DNA of 64,000 bases. It comes from Pelagomonas calceolata (Eukaryota). The notes beneath the pieces were generated by a model. The model did no database searches. It saw nothing but the letters and a program-made list of their open reading frames with translations, and was not told the origin of the DNA. Both the position numbers and the translations under genes were made by a program. The DNA is taken from contig CAKKNE010000005.1 in assembly GCA_918797485.1 (NCBI GenBank), forward strand, positions 4,712,001 through 4,776,000. Reading direction: 5' to 3'. Shown one piece after another: positions 33,128-43,599 of this stretch (position 1 is its first letter; each line of letters starts with the position of its first letter).

Positions 33128-36100
33128 TTAGTACGCGGCCCCCCAGTCGCTCGACAATAGCGTGTCGATCTCGTCCTGGCTATCGGCGTGCGAGTAGCGC
33201 TCGTCCTTCTCCTCCTGCCTAGCATGAGAGTCCGCAGCCGCCGCCCCGCGCTGCGCCGACAAAGCGATGTTCGCAATCGAGAACCCTTCGACGAGAGCCG
33301 CCCCACTACCAGTCTTCCGCTCGGCCTCCATCTTTTGTTGTTCCTGGGCATGCAAACGAGCCGCCTTCATGCGCTCCTGATGCAACAACAACTCCAGCGC
33401 GTCGTAGTCAATCGGGCCGCTCCGCACGGAATCGTCAAATCTCCCCGTCAGCGACTCGGCCCACGTGGCCTTGCGACTTTCGGTTTCAGCCATGCCCACA
33501 CATTCCTCCTGCAACAACCCAGGCAAGATCAACTCTTCCAATATAAAGGTAGCATTGGCCACCTCGCGTTTCTCCTCCAAGGTAAGCAATTTAGTTTGTT
33601 CGGACTTGCCGTGCGACGCCGCCGCCGCAGCTGCTTCGTCCTTCTCGGCCTTCTCCTGGGCGGCCAGCTTATCCTGTTCGGCCTTCTTGCGCCGCTCCGC
33701 GACCTCCCCGAAGGGGTCAATCGTTTCAATAATTGCCTTCGCCACTCGACCACCGAGCGCCGTTAACCTGCCTATTTTATTGGGATCGCTCTTTTCCCGC
33801 CTCACACGCGTCGCGTCGATGTCTAGCGCCGAGGGTTCTATTTTCTTCGCAATTCTGGAAGAAAATGTGGACTTGTCGACGTACCTTAACTCCGCGAGAT
33901 ACTTCCGCGGCTCCGGCGCCGTCTCGAGGGGGTTCTTCCGGAAGTTCATGCGGTCGCTCTCGGCTTCTCTAGCTTTCAACTTTTCGAGGATCGACATGTC
34001 CTTGGCGGCACCGGCCTTCGAAGCTTTCGACTGTTGCAGCGCGTCCTGATTCCTCCGTCTCTTGGACGCTTGCCTCTTAGCTAATGCTTTTTCCGGCCCC
34101 GTCGGCTCGTCGGGGTTGCCGGGTTGTACTATCAACCTAGTACCGGGGAAGACCTTCCTCACGTCTTCAATGGCGTTCCACCGGATGACCTCCGGTAGAC
34201 TGACACCGTACTGTCTTGCTATGCTCACGAGCGTGTCGCCGGCGTCATACACATGAAACTTGTCGCTGACTTTGCCCCGATCGCTCTCCTGGGCCCAGAG
34301 CCACTGCCTCAGCGTGTTGTCCACTCCAGCTGAAAGTATCTTCTCGGTGTCGAACATGAGGGCTAGCACCGGCCCCTCGTGGCCTCTGAGCTGTTGCATC
34401 AATTCCCCGGTCGTGATATCCGTCACGACCACTAAGCCATCGCCTCCCGCAGATACAATTCGCGTCGCGTCGAATTGCAAGTCGTGCACCGGGCCCTGGT
34501 GGGCCTTGACCTTCTGGAGGATCTTGCCGTCCTGGAGCCACCAGACGACGACGTGCCCATCGGCCAAGCCACCAATGAGCTCCAACGCACCGAATTTAGC
34601 TACGGTTAGGCCCGGGCCCGCCTCGAGCTCGAACCCATCGCCTGAAGCGAGCTTCTTCCGCGTTTTTATATCTCTATTACGTTTCAGTGCATCCAAGGCT
34701 ACTTTCGTCTTCTTGTCGTTGCCCATGACCTGACTCGGGTCCGCTTCGTCCGGCAAGTGCCAGATCCGAGCTTCTGATTCTTGCCCACCGGAGACGATCC
34801 ACGTCGGCCCGATGTCCAAGCATAATACACTTCGTTGATGACCGTGCAAGATTCTTAATTTGATACCAGTTGCTCTACTCCAAAGAATGACCTTGCAGTC
34901 CGCCCCCCCAGACACCACTTTCAACGTATCTACTTGTATCGCCGTGACCGAGGCTTCATGGCCCTCTAAGAGCATCAACGGTCTACCCATGGCGCCTCGT
35001 CGCTCATCCTCCGTCAGATTCCACCGCTCGCCCGTGATGGCCCGGTTCAGCGACGTCTCCGACGTGTCCCAGACAAATATACGAGAATCCATGCCCCCCG
35101 AGTAAACCCGAGAACCCGTGAAGTGCAAGGCACTTACTAGTGCTGTATGACCTTCGGGATCCCCAAGATGCCTGCCTTCATCATCACCGGTAAACACGCG
35201 CCGCTGTTTCCCGTTCTTCATCCAAAACACAATTATATTCTTCTCGCACGCCGTCGCGCACATGCCGACGCCGCCGGAAGCGCCGCCCATCACTTCATTA
35301 CCCTTCATGTTCGTCGCGCACAACGCGATGAACCGGAATTTACTACTCTCAAGTACTTTCTTCATGAGCGGCCCGGCCTCGACCTTATGTTCATTCAAAG
35401 CCTCTCTTATATCATCCTCGAAATTCTTGACCTTGTTGATCGAGGCCATTTCTTCCCTTTTTGATGCATCAACATCTCGTTGCACTTCAATGAGTCTCTC
35501 AGCTAATCTTATTTTAAGCTCTTCGATCTCGAAGATCTGCGCTCTACCATGTATTAAAACAGATTCCATCTCGTCCTTGTCCGTGACCTTGGCTTCCGCG
35601 AGCTGATCCTCAATACGTTTATAGAGCTCCTCGACCTTCTGCGTCTTCTTCTCCTGTTCTCTTCTCTCCTCAATTGCTCTTTTTATTCTTCTCTTCGCGC
35701 CGACCTGCTCGTGGACTAGGCGTAGCGCCCGCGCCGACTCCCGTTGGAGGTGCACGACCTTGCCCTGCTTGGCACTGTTCGAAACTAGTCTGTCTCGTAG
35801 AGCTTTGAGCTTCGACGCGCCTACCTCTAGATTGGTCTTCACTTCATTGTCTATGGTTCGCGCCATGACCTCCATCCGTTCGATCATCTCTGCGGGTCGG
35901 TGTTGTCGTCGGAAACACTCGGCCAGTGCTAACGCGCACTCCCGCTGCGCTCGGACGTCACCCAAGCGCTCGAAAGAACTTAAAGCTCGCTCCAGTAACA
36001 CCTGGCCGTACTGATATTGTGATTGTTCGACCAACGCGAAGCCTTGCACCAACTGGATCTTCGCCGATAAGGTCCTAATGGACGCGCGCGCCTTGTCGCG

Positions 36101-39100
36101 ATGATACTCGACTTTCTCGAGGAGCACCCGAGCCGCATCTATCCTACTTTCATCGGGATCCAAGTTGACGCCGCCACCTCTCAAACTAAAATCCACGGCG
36201 TCGTTGCATTCCTTCGCCAGCGCCGCGGCGCGATCGACCGCCGCCAGGCACTTCCCGAACTCTCTCTCCTCAAAATACGTCTCTCCAATATGTAGCATGC
36301 ACCTTGCTAGTGCCGCCACATCCGCTTGACCGTGTGGTCTATCCTTAGCTCTCCGTGTTAACGCTTCTAGACATAGATTATACCGATCTCGCGCGAACTC
36401 GTGCTTGCCCGCTCTCCTCAGTCCATCTCCTTCTAATAAATAAGCAATTTCTGGGGCGTTCTCGTCCTCGTAGGGTCGTGATCGCGTCGAACTATCATCG
36501 GCCAAGCGTTCTATCGTCACGACTTCCTTGCCGGGTATCGTTTCGAGTTCGGAAGTCTGGTAGGCCGCCTTATGGTTGTTGTGCCACTCCCGTTGCTGTC
36601 TTTTCGTATAGGCCAGTCGTGCTACCTCACTCCTCAACGTCGACAGCTCCTTCAACGCGGCGCGCGCGTCGTCCTCATTTTCAGAACGAGACGCCGAGGC
36701 TTGCTTCAATAATCTCCCACCGAGCCCGATAATCTTCACCGGACTCGGTGGCCCGAAGTCCTCGAACTCCCCGAAGCGCCACTTCTGCCAGGCATTTCTT
36801 TTAAATCTCAAACTACAACTTTTGAGGCACCGCATCGCCGTCTTCCGCGCCGCCTTAATCTCATCAATATAGTCGCACCACAACTCAAAATGTTTTAGGC
36901 GACACTTCTGTTCGATCTCCCGTATTTCCCTTTTTGTTAATTTTTTCTTTTTAGTTTGTAAAGCTGCGACGCGAGCCTGTCTTCTGGCATCGGCTCGGAT
37001 ATTAACAAATGCTGCTTGTCTGTCATGGAGTTGCTGCTTCTTCTGGATGCACGTCTTCGAGGCCCGAACCCGACCCTCGTCCAACTGCTGCACCTTGCGT
37101 TTGGCGTTCGCGATCAACCCGAGGCACCTCTCGAGTTCGACCTGCAGGTCGTGCTGCAACTGCGGCTTCGTGAAGCGCTGCGTCGCGCCGTGGATCACGC
37201 TACTATTAATGTAGGGCGCCTTCACGTTCGCCACGCGGTCGATCTCCGCTCGGACTTCAATGATGCGATTCTGCGTCTCGGCCATACTTCGAGCCAGAGC
37301 CGCCCGGTCCGCGAAGCACTTGATCTGCTCCTCTTCCGCTTTTTTGATACCTTCTTCCAGACATTTAAGACGGTGCTCGAACTGCCGCCTTTTACGAGCG
37401 TAGTCCGGCACCGCGCGTTCCATGAGCGTCTCCTCGTCCTCCTCCTCCTCGGGCTCGGGCGCCGCTTCCGCGAAGGCCCGCGCGCCCATCGTGCCCAATG
37501 CCGACGTCTTCCACCTGCTCTTGGCTTTTTCTTGGTCCTCCTCACTGATGTCCAATGCTGCTTTCTCGGCTGCATAAGCTTCGGCTAGATCGGCCTTGAG
37601 TCGAGCTAGGTAGTCCGGTTTATATTCTCGCTGCACAAAGCCCGTGTAGAACTCCGTGTCCACGAAGTCGCCCTCCACTTCTTGTACGCGTTGAATTTCT
37701 TTAACTAACAACTCCCGCATCGACGGTGGTAGGGTGGTCACTTTTTCGATACAAGCGGATTCGCCGTCCAAGTCCGCTTTCGTCCGCGCGTGGACCTTGA
37801 TATTACAATAATCCGTCTCGCCCCGCAAATCCCGCAACACGTAGTTGCACACGGGACCGCCGACGCGTAACGAGACGTCATTTCTCACTTCATGCTTCTC
37901 GTCCGAGGTTTGTTTCCCTTTGCCCGGGTTGAATTCGGCGAGCCACTCGGCATGTGTCAAGGTTCGGACTTCCGTGTAGTGGACGTGGTAGTCGACGACG
38001 TCACTTCCACCGTCTCGGATCGGCGGGCTCCAGGATAAAGCAATGGCCTTCGAGGTCGGCGGCTCGTGGTGTAAAAAGATGGGCGCGCCCGGCGCCACCG
38101 CATTTTTCGTCTCGTAGGCTCCGAGGGGCGGGCCGTACTCGCTCCACCCGACCTCGTTCTTGCACCGTACCCGGAACTCGCTGTACTCCGTAGAAGCTCT
38201 TAGTTCAGTAAGAACATACCCATATTCGCAGACCGGCTCCTGGTACATGTAGCACGTCGTCTGCAAGGGAGGTAGGGCTGATACCGTTCTGTTCACCTTC
38301 TTCCCTACTTTTGTTATGGTAGTAACACTAAACACCACCTCATACTCAAAGACCGTGGCGCCTCCATCTAAAATAGGTGGCGCCCACTTCAACTCAATAG
38401 TGGTGGCTGTTATTTTACCGACTCGCAGATCTCGCGGCGGCTGCGGCTTCATCTGGACAGCCTTCGAAGCTTGTTTTCGGTCCCTGATGTACTGTTGGCG
38501 TTTCTTGCATCTCTTCACATGAGCTTTTATTTTGTCCCTAGGCTTGGTTAACCCACAAACCACGCACTCCTCCGTCTCGCAGCCCTTTTGTTTTGCTTCT
38601 TCATCATCATCGGAACTATTACCTAGTTCGGGAGGAGCTCCTGGACACACTCTACGATGCCCATCAAAATGTTCCCGCGTCACGCGCGCGCCACATTTAT
38701 CGCATTTTTGGAAGAATTTCCGAAACCCTAATTGCGTCGTGTCGTCCCGCGCTCGTTTCAGCATCTGGTCGACCTCGTCGTCGGCGTGGCCCCGCGGCAC
38801 GCCGTTGACGTCGTCTCGCAACCTCCTAATTCTCCCCTCCAAATAATTTAGTTTGTTTTGGTTTTCTCTCGTTGCCCTCAGTGCCCGCTGCGTGTCTCGG
38901 CCCAATCTTTCGTACTTCTCGCCGAGATTAAACTGGTGGCCGGACCTCTTGAAGAGTTCGTGGTGGTTATGGAGCAAATCCGCATCTACTAGTCTCTCGG
39001 AACCGTGCACCTCCTGCTGTGCGATGACGTGCCGCTTTTGCCGCGTCTGCTGCCTCTGCAATACAAGTTCCGCCTCTCGTTGAAACTTGTCCTGGGCCTC

Positions 39101-39241
39101 CTGGCGCCTTTTTTCGACGCGCCGTCGCAGCTCCAGCGCCTTCTCCGAGAGGCGTACGTCTTTTTTGCCGAAGGCGTCCGGCTCATCTTGTCGAGTGTCC
39201 TTGGGCGGCGGCGGGGGCCGCAGCGCGAGGGCCGTGGTCAT
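33128..39241 (-). CDS. 2037-aa protein: Zn-finger-like, 2x FN3, coiled coil, TPR-like, WD40 propeller, LysM
   Basis: P.PP.DL...W.PP..DGG FN3 motifs; GH...V..L WD40 repeats; HVYDAGDTLVSIARQYGVS...WNAI......G..L LysM. Confidence 0.8.
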   Translation of the reverse strand: MTTALALRPPPPPKDTRQDEPDAFGKKDVRLSEKALELRRRVEKRRQEAQDKFQREAELVLQRQQTRQKRHVIAQQEVHGSERLVDADLLHNHHELFKRSGHQFNLGEKYERLGRDTQRALRATRENQNKLNYLEGRIRRLRDDVNGVPRGHADDEVDQMLKRARDDTTQLGFRKFFQKCDKCGARVTREHFDGHRRVCPGAPPELGNSSDDDEEAKQKGCETEECVVCGLTKPRDKIKAHVKRCKKRQQYIRDRKQASKAVQMKPQPPRDLRVGKITATTIELKWAPPILDGGATVFEYEVVFSVTTITKVGKKVNRTVSALPPLQTTCYMYQEPVCEYGYVLTELRASTEYSEFRVRCKNEVGWSEYGPPLGAYETKNAVAPGAPIFLHHEPPTSKAIALSWSPPIRDGGSDVVDYHVHYTEVRTLTHAEWLAEFNPGKGKQTSDEKHEVRNDVSLRVGGPVCNYVLRDLRGETDYCNIKVHARTKADLDGESACIEKVTTLPPSMRELLVKEIQRVQEVEGDFVDTEFYTGFVQREYKPDYLARLKADLAEAYAAEKAALDISEEDQEKAKSRWKTSALGTMGARAFAEAAPEPEEEEDEETLMERAVPDYARKRRQFEHRLKCLEEGIKKAEEEQIKCFADRAALARSMAETQNRIIEVRAEIDRVANVKAPYINSSVIHGATQRFTKPQLQHDLQVELERCLGLIANAKRKVQQLDEGRVRASKTCIQKKQQLHDRQAAFVNIRADARRQARVAALQTKKKKLTKREIREIEQKCRLKHFELWCDYIDEIKAARKTAMRCLKSCSLRFKRNAWQKWRFGEFEDFGPPSPVKIIGLGGRLLKQASASRSENEDDARAALKELSTLRSEVARLAYTKRQQREWHNNHKAAYQTSELETIPGKEVVTIERLADDSSTRSRPYEDENAPEIAYLLEGDGLRRAGKHEFARDRYNLCLEALTRRAKDRPHGQADVAALARCMLHIGETYFEEREFGKCLAAVDRAAALAKECNDAVDFSLRGGGVNLDPDESRIDAARVLLEKVEYHRDKARASIRTLSAKIQLVQGFALVEQSQYQYGQVLLERALSSFERLGDVRAQRECALALAECFRRQHRPAEMIERMEVMARTIDNEVKTNLEVGASKLKALRDRLVSNSAKQGKVVHLQRESARALRLVHEQVGAKRRIKRAIEERREQEKKTQKVEELYKRIEDQLAEAKVTDKDEMESVLIHGRAQIFEIEELKIRLAERLIEVQRDVDASKREEMASINKVKNFEDDIREALNEHKVEAGPLMKKVLESSKFRFIALCATNMKGNEVMGGASGGVGMCATACEKNIIVFWMKNGKQRRVFTGDDEGRHLGDPEGHTALVSALHFTGSRVYSGGMDSRIFVWDTSETSLNRAITGERWNLTEDERRGAMGRPLMLLEGHEASVTAIQVDTLKVVSGGADCKVILWSRATGIKLRILHGHQRSVLCLDIGPTWIVSGGQESEARIWHLPDEADPSQVMGNDKKTKVALDALKRNRDIKTRKKLASGDGFELEAGPGLTVAKFGALELIGGLADGHVVVWWLQDGKILQKVKAHQGPVHDLQFDATRIVSAGGDGLVVVTDITTGELMQQLRGHEGPVLALMFDTEKILSAGVDNTLRQWLWAQESDRGKVSDKFHVYDAGDTLVSIARQYGVSLPEVIRWNAIEDVRKVFPGTRLIVQPGNPDEPTGPEKALAKRQASKRRRNQDALQQSKASKAGAAKDMSILEKLKAREAESDRMNFRKNPLETAPEPRKYLAELRYVDKSTFSSRIAKKIEPSALDIDATRVRREKSDPNKIGRLTALGGRVAKAIIETIDPFGEVAERRKKAEQDKLAAQEKAEKDEAAAAAASHGKSEQTKLLTLEEKREVANATFILEELILPGLLQEECVGMAETESRKATWAESLTGRFDDSVRSGPIDYDALELLLHQERMKAARLHAQEQQKMEAERKTGSGAALVEGFSIANIALSAQRGAAAADSHARQEEKDERYSHADSQDEIDTLLSSDWGAAY

Positions 39242-39441
39242 GGTTCGTGATGAGTCATTGTTTGTATGTATGTAAGCGGTCGGGGGCAGCCGTGTCGCGC
39301 TGTATGGCAGCTGTGCTGATCAGCGCCGCCGCCTCCAGTCAAGCCCCGCACTTTGGGTCCCGTGACGCTAGCTTTGTTTAGAATGATTCCTCGCAGGCCT
39401 CGTCGACGCTCCTTGCTCGCGAAAAGTCCTGCGGCCTGCTG

Positions 39442-39465
39442 CTAGTGTCTTACAACCACCGCTAG
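39442..39465 (-). promoter_or_regulatory. recurrent promoter motif
   Basis: CTAGTGTCTTACaaccacCGCTAG in divergent promoter. Confidence 0.7.
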
Positions 39466-39656
39466 CTAATCTTGGGACTCGAATCGAGCGCGCTCGAGGA
39501 CTCACAGCGTAGGCCTCGCCAGTGTGAGCACGAGCTGTTCAGAGCCACAACGGCTGCTGCGCAGCGCAAGCCTACCTGCAGGTTTGCACGCCGGCGCCGC
39601 AAAAGCCCTGGGAGACCATTCTAGCTTGAGAGGTGACTCGAGCAGGCGAGACGCAA

Positions 39657-41969
39657 ATGAGGGTCTTCCGCCACTTTAGACTGCACGAGGAGGACGGCGC
39701 GGCCGCGGCCGTCTACTCCGTGTCCTTGAATCCCGACGGTTCATTATTAGCGACCTGCGGCGGCGACAAGTTGGTACGGCTCTGGTCGACGCAACTATTT
39801 AAGAGTAATGATGATGAGCCGGCCAAACACCTCGTCCAGTCGCTATCAAAGCATGTGAAAGTCGTGACCTGCTGCGCCTGGTCGTCGAATGGAAGCTGGC
39901 TCGCCAGTGGCAGCGACGACACGCAGGTGTTATTGTGGACGAACACGGGCGCCTCGTGGACGCGGCAGGCGACGCTGCGAGGCCACACGATGGATGTCTT
40001 AGATGTGGCCTGGGGCGACGACGACAAAGTCTTGGCGTCCTGTTCGATAGATAATACCGTATTAATCTGGGACGTCTCCACCAAGTCCATGACCATGACG
40101 CCCAAGACGACGTTGCGGGGCCACAAGAACTGGGTCAAGGGCGTGGCCTGGGACCCTACGGGGCGATTCTTGGCTTCGGCCGGAGAAGACCGGCGAGTCT
40201 TGGTCTGGCGACGAGACAAAAACGCGTCTTCCGAATTTCGCGTCGAGGCCGATATCAGAGCACCGTTCGAAGATGTCACGGCCCAGACCTTCTTCCAGCG
40301 GTTGTCCTGGGCGCCGGATGGGAGGAGTTTGGGCGTGCCGAACGCGCGGAAAGCTCTACAAGCGACGGCTTGTGTCCTTGCCAGAGGTAAATGGGAGTCT
40401 GTAGCAGATTTAGTAGGCCACCGGCACCCCGTGACCGTCGTACGATTCAGTCCAGTCCTCTTCCACGGCGAGGACGACGAGGACCAGCCTCGGTCAGTCG
40501 TAGCTATTGGTGGCCAAGATGCCACAGTATCTGTCTGGACTTCGGCAAGGGCAAAACCTCTCGTAGTGTTCCGCGACTGCTTCGGGGGGGCGGTTTCGGA
40601 TTTAGCTTGGTCGCGGAACGGCTCACTATTATGTGCGTCCTCGCACGACGGCAGTACGTGTACTTTTGAGTTTGACGTGGAGCGAGATCTAGGAAAGCGC
40701 CTCTCGTCGTCGGACGCGCGGGCCCATCTCGACGCGGCCTTTGCGGTCGAGGGCGGGTCGAACGGATTGAGTCTGCCGAACCCCGCCGAGATCACTCAAC
40801 AAAAAAAGGAGCCGCCCAAGAAAAAAAGGATAGCGCCGGCACCCGTCGCGGCGCCGCGCGTCAACGTGCTCAAGGCCAAGAAGAAGCGCATCCAGCCGAC
40901 GCCCGTCGGTGCTCCCATGGCGGCCGCGGCGTCGCCGCCCGTGTCGCCGCCACGACCGCGGCCCGTCGCCGCGGCGCCGGCCGTCGCCGCGGCGCCTCCA
41001 TCAGACGCCGTGCCGCCGCCGGCCGACACGACGCTGCTCACTACCTCCCTAAAACTCGACGGCCGCGAGCTGCACGTCCAAGCTACGATCGCGGACGGCC
41101 GCGCGGTCGTCGTCGCGTCGGACCAAGGTCAGAGACGGTGGCGCGCGACGGCCCCGGCGCCCGCGGCGGCATTAACGGCCGGTTTCGAACGCGTCGTCGT
41201 CGGCGGCGCGGACGGGTCCGTACGTATATTGGATGCGGCGTGCGGCGCGCTGCTCATTCCGCCGTTACTGGTCGGCGCGCCGCCCGCGCGGCTCGCTTTG
41301 CACTCCCAGTATGTCCTGTGCGTTTCTGTGGATGCGGGCGTGCGCGTCTGGCGCGTCGACGAATCGAAGGCGCCCGACCAAAGGATAACCAATGTAGCCC
41401 GGACGTCGGCGTCGCCCGCGTTGCGAGTCGCGGGCGGCGGCGACATCGTCAATGCAAGCGTCGATGCAAAAGGCGTGCCGTCGCTCGGCCTCGCCTGCAA
41501 GGGCGACGCCCTCTCTAGGAGAGGCGCGTGCGTCGTCTGCGCTTATGATGAAAAAGCCGACGCCTGGCTCGAAATCGCGGACGCGCTGTCGTCCTCCTTA
41601 CCGCCGTCTCCATCAACGACGGGGCTGCTCGTCGACGCGGCGCGCCAGGCTTCAGATAGGGACGCGACGACCGCCGCGGACTTGCTGAGTGGCGACGCGT
41701 TGTCGCGCGACGCGGACGCGCTGTGCGCGTGCTTGGAGGCGAAGGTCCTGTGCGCCGAGCGCCTGGGGTCGGCTTCGGACCGGGACCACTGGGTGTCCAG
41801 CTACGCGGCGTGCCTCGCGGCGCGCGGCGACCGGCGGCGCATCCTCGCTCTGAATACGCGCCTGGGCCGGGCCGACGCCGAGCGGTTGCTGTTTCCTGCT
41901 TTGGCGGCCGAGGGCAAGCGGCACGCGCTGCTGGCCGAGCTGCGGGAGACCGATCGCATGGAGGACTAA
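39657..41969 (+). CDS. HIRA: histone chaperone HIRA
   Basis: WD40 with VKGVAWDPTGRFLAS, FF.RLSW.PDG, S.DG; B-domain-like KKRI.P motifs. Confidence 0.88.
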   Translation: MRVFRHFRLHEEDGAAAAVYSVSLNPDGSLLATCGGDKLVRLWSTQLFKSNDDEPAKHLVQSLSKHVKVVTCCAWSSNGSWLASGSDDTQVLLWTNTGASWTRQATLRGHTMDVLDVAWGDDDKVLASCSIDNTVLIWDVSTKSMTMTPKTTLRGHKNWVKGVAWDPTGRFLASAGEDRRVLVWRRDKNASSEFRVEADIRAPFEDVTAQTFFQRLSWAPDGRSLGVPNARKALQATACVLARGKWESVADLVGHRHPVTVVRFSPVLFHGEDDEDQPRSVVAIGGQDATVSVWTSARAKPLVVFRDCFGGAVSDLAWSRNGSLLCASSHDGSTCTFEFDVERDLGKRLSSSDARAHLDAAFAVEGGSNGLSLPNPAEITQQKKEPPKKKRIAPAPVAAPRVNVLKAKKKRIQPTPVGAPMAAAASPPVSPPRPRPVAAAPAVAAAPPSDAVPPPADTTLLTTSLKLDGRELHVQATIADGRAVVVASDQGQRRWRATAPAPAAALTAGFERVVVGGADGSVRILDAACGALLIPPLLVGAPPARLALHSQYVLCVSVDAGVRVWRVDESKAPDQRITNVARTSASPALRVAGGGDIVNASVDAKGVPSLGLACKGDALSRRGACVVCAYDEKADAWLEIADALSSSLPPSPSTTGLLVDAARQASDRDATTAADLLSGDALSRDADALCACLEAKVLCAERLGSASDRDHWVSSYAACLAARGDRRRILALNTRLGRADAERLLFPALAAEGKRHALLAELRETDRMED

Positions 41970-41971
41970 AC

Positions 41972-43270
41972 CTAGCTTTCTTTAAGCCTCATCTCCGCCG
42001 TCGCGGTCTGCACCAAGAACGCGTCCGCGAAAGTCTTCGCGACGAGCACGACCACGGCTACAAAACCAGGTATTTTCAGCGAGTCGGTTGCGAAGTTGAA
42101 CACGCCAGTCGTCACGTTCGCCGCGAGGAACCAGTACAGCAGGTGCGCGTCGGCGACGACCAGGACCACTCCCTGCAGCCTGTCCGCGAACAGAGCGCAG
42201 AGCGCCAGGATCCAGCCGTTGAAGCCGAGGCACAGCAGCACGAACGGCGCGTCGGCGACGCGCCGCGACGGCGGGCCCGCGAGCCACGTGAGCGCCAGGA
42301 ACGCGCCCGACACGCAGGCGAGGGCGGGAGCTCCACGTTTGTTCAGGAAGAGGTTGAAGAGAGATACTACGGAGTCGTCGAGAGATAGGTGTCTTTGGCC
42401 GCGGGCGAGGACGAAATCGAAGAACGCTGCCGCCGCAAAAAACAACGCCGCGTAGCCGGGGGCCGACGCGAGGCCCTCGCGGTTGGCTGCGAACAGCGAG
42501 TCGCGCGGCGCGTCGGACAGGACGTAGGCCGCGCCGAGTCCAAAACGAGGCACCACCATGAGCGCCATGGCGGCGCAAAGGCACCCGCCGGGGCCGAGCT
42601 TCAGATAACAGCCCAGGCCGTCGCACAAGTCCACGACCGCCAGCGTAAAGAACGCGTTCCAGTGGACGCCGTACTCTGTCACGTGTTCCGGGTAGCCCGA
42701 GGCTTTGACGGTGATGAGCCGCCCCAACCCAAGCACGACCAAGGGCAGGATGCGTTTCGGCTGCCATGTCCGCCCGAGCACGAGGCGGCTAATCATGGCG
42801 TTGCCCACGACGAACGAGCCGACGCCCATGTCCATCAAGGAATACCCGTAGGTCTCCGTCTTGCAGAAGCGCCGCGGGAATGCGCGAAAGTCGACGGCGA
42901 GAATACAAATTCCCGTGAACACCGCCTGGCACGCGCGGAACAGCCGAATGGCGTGCGCATGCGTCACGAGCATGTCGCTCGCTGCTCGCGTCGCCGGATG
43001 CTTCTGCGTCCTGAGCGCGACCGCCGCCAGCACCAGAAACATCGCGGGCATATAGTCGGCGCCGATGGTGAGCGATGCAGCGATTGGCGCGACCAGTAGT
43101 CCGGCATCTTTCGCGAGCTTGACGCTCGTTGAGTCCTTCGCGTCGTGCAGTTTAAGCCGTGCGCCGCAGCAGAGCGGCACGACGGCTGCCACCGCTATGA
43201 GCTCTATCAAGCTGCCGCCGTCGTGGTCGCTGACGAATGCCTCTTTTTGCTGCTTCCAGGTGCTGCTCAT
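41972..43270 (-). CDS. PIGW: GPI inositol acyltransferase PIG-W/GWT1
   Basis: K..KEAFVS; ILAVDF..FPRRF.KTETYG.SLMDMGVGSFV; HVTEYGVHWN.FFTL; ANREG; PSRR. Confidence 0.93.
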   Translation of the reverse strand: MSSTWKQQKEAFVSDHDGGSLIELIAVAAVVPLCCGARLKLHDAKDSTSVKLAKDAGLLVAPIAASLTIGADYMPAMFLVLAAVALRTQKHPATRAASDMLVTHAHAIRLFRACQAVFTGICILAVDFRAFPRRFCKTETYGYSLMDMGVGSFVVGNAMISRLVLGRTWQPKRILPLVVLGLGRLITVKASGYPEHVTEYGVHWNAFFTLAVVDLCDGLGCYLKLGPGGCLCAAMALMVVPRFGLGAAYVLSDAPRDSLFAANREGLASAPGYAALFFAAAAFFDFVLARGQRHLSLDDSVVSLFNLFLNKRGAPALACVSGAFLALTWLAGPPSRRVADAPFVLLCLGFNGWILALCALFADRLQGVVLVVADAHLLYWFLAANVTTGVFNFATDSLKIPGFVAVVVLVAKTFADAFLVQTATAEMRLKES

Positions 43271-43331
43271 TTTTACGTTCGTGCATTCATGTGGCAACAG
43301 GCTCCTTTTGGTCGATTCCAAGCTATATGGG

Positions 43332-43353
43332 CTAGCGGCATGTAAGACACTAG
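43332..43353 (+). promoter_or_regulatory. recurrent promoter motif
   Basis: CTAGCGgcatGTAAGACACTAG, ~60 bp from PIG-W start. Confidence 0.7.
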
Positions 43354-43599
43354 CAAGCAACCCGCATGCGTCGCGAGCCTTCCACCCGCACACAGAACCC
43401 CCTCATATGAGTCTTCCGCATCTTTCTTTCCGCTCGTGCTGCCGAGATGCTCTGCAGCGCCTGAGACCACAGCGCGCAATTGCGGAACCAAAGCGGCTGC
43501 CCAAGCACGCGCTCCTTGGAACGCCGCAGAGCACACAGCGCTTGACGCTGCCCTCGGTGACACCGCGTAGCAGCCGTCGCTGCCCCTGAAGGGCAAGTC

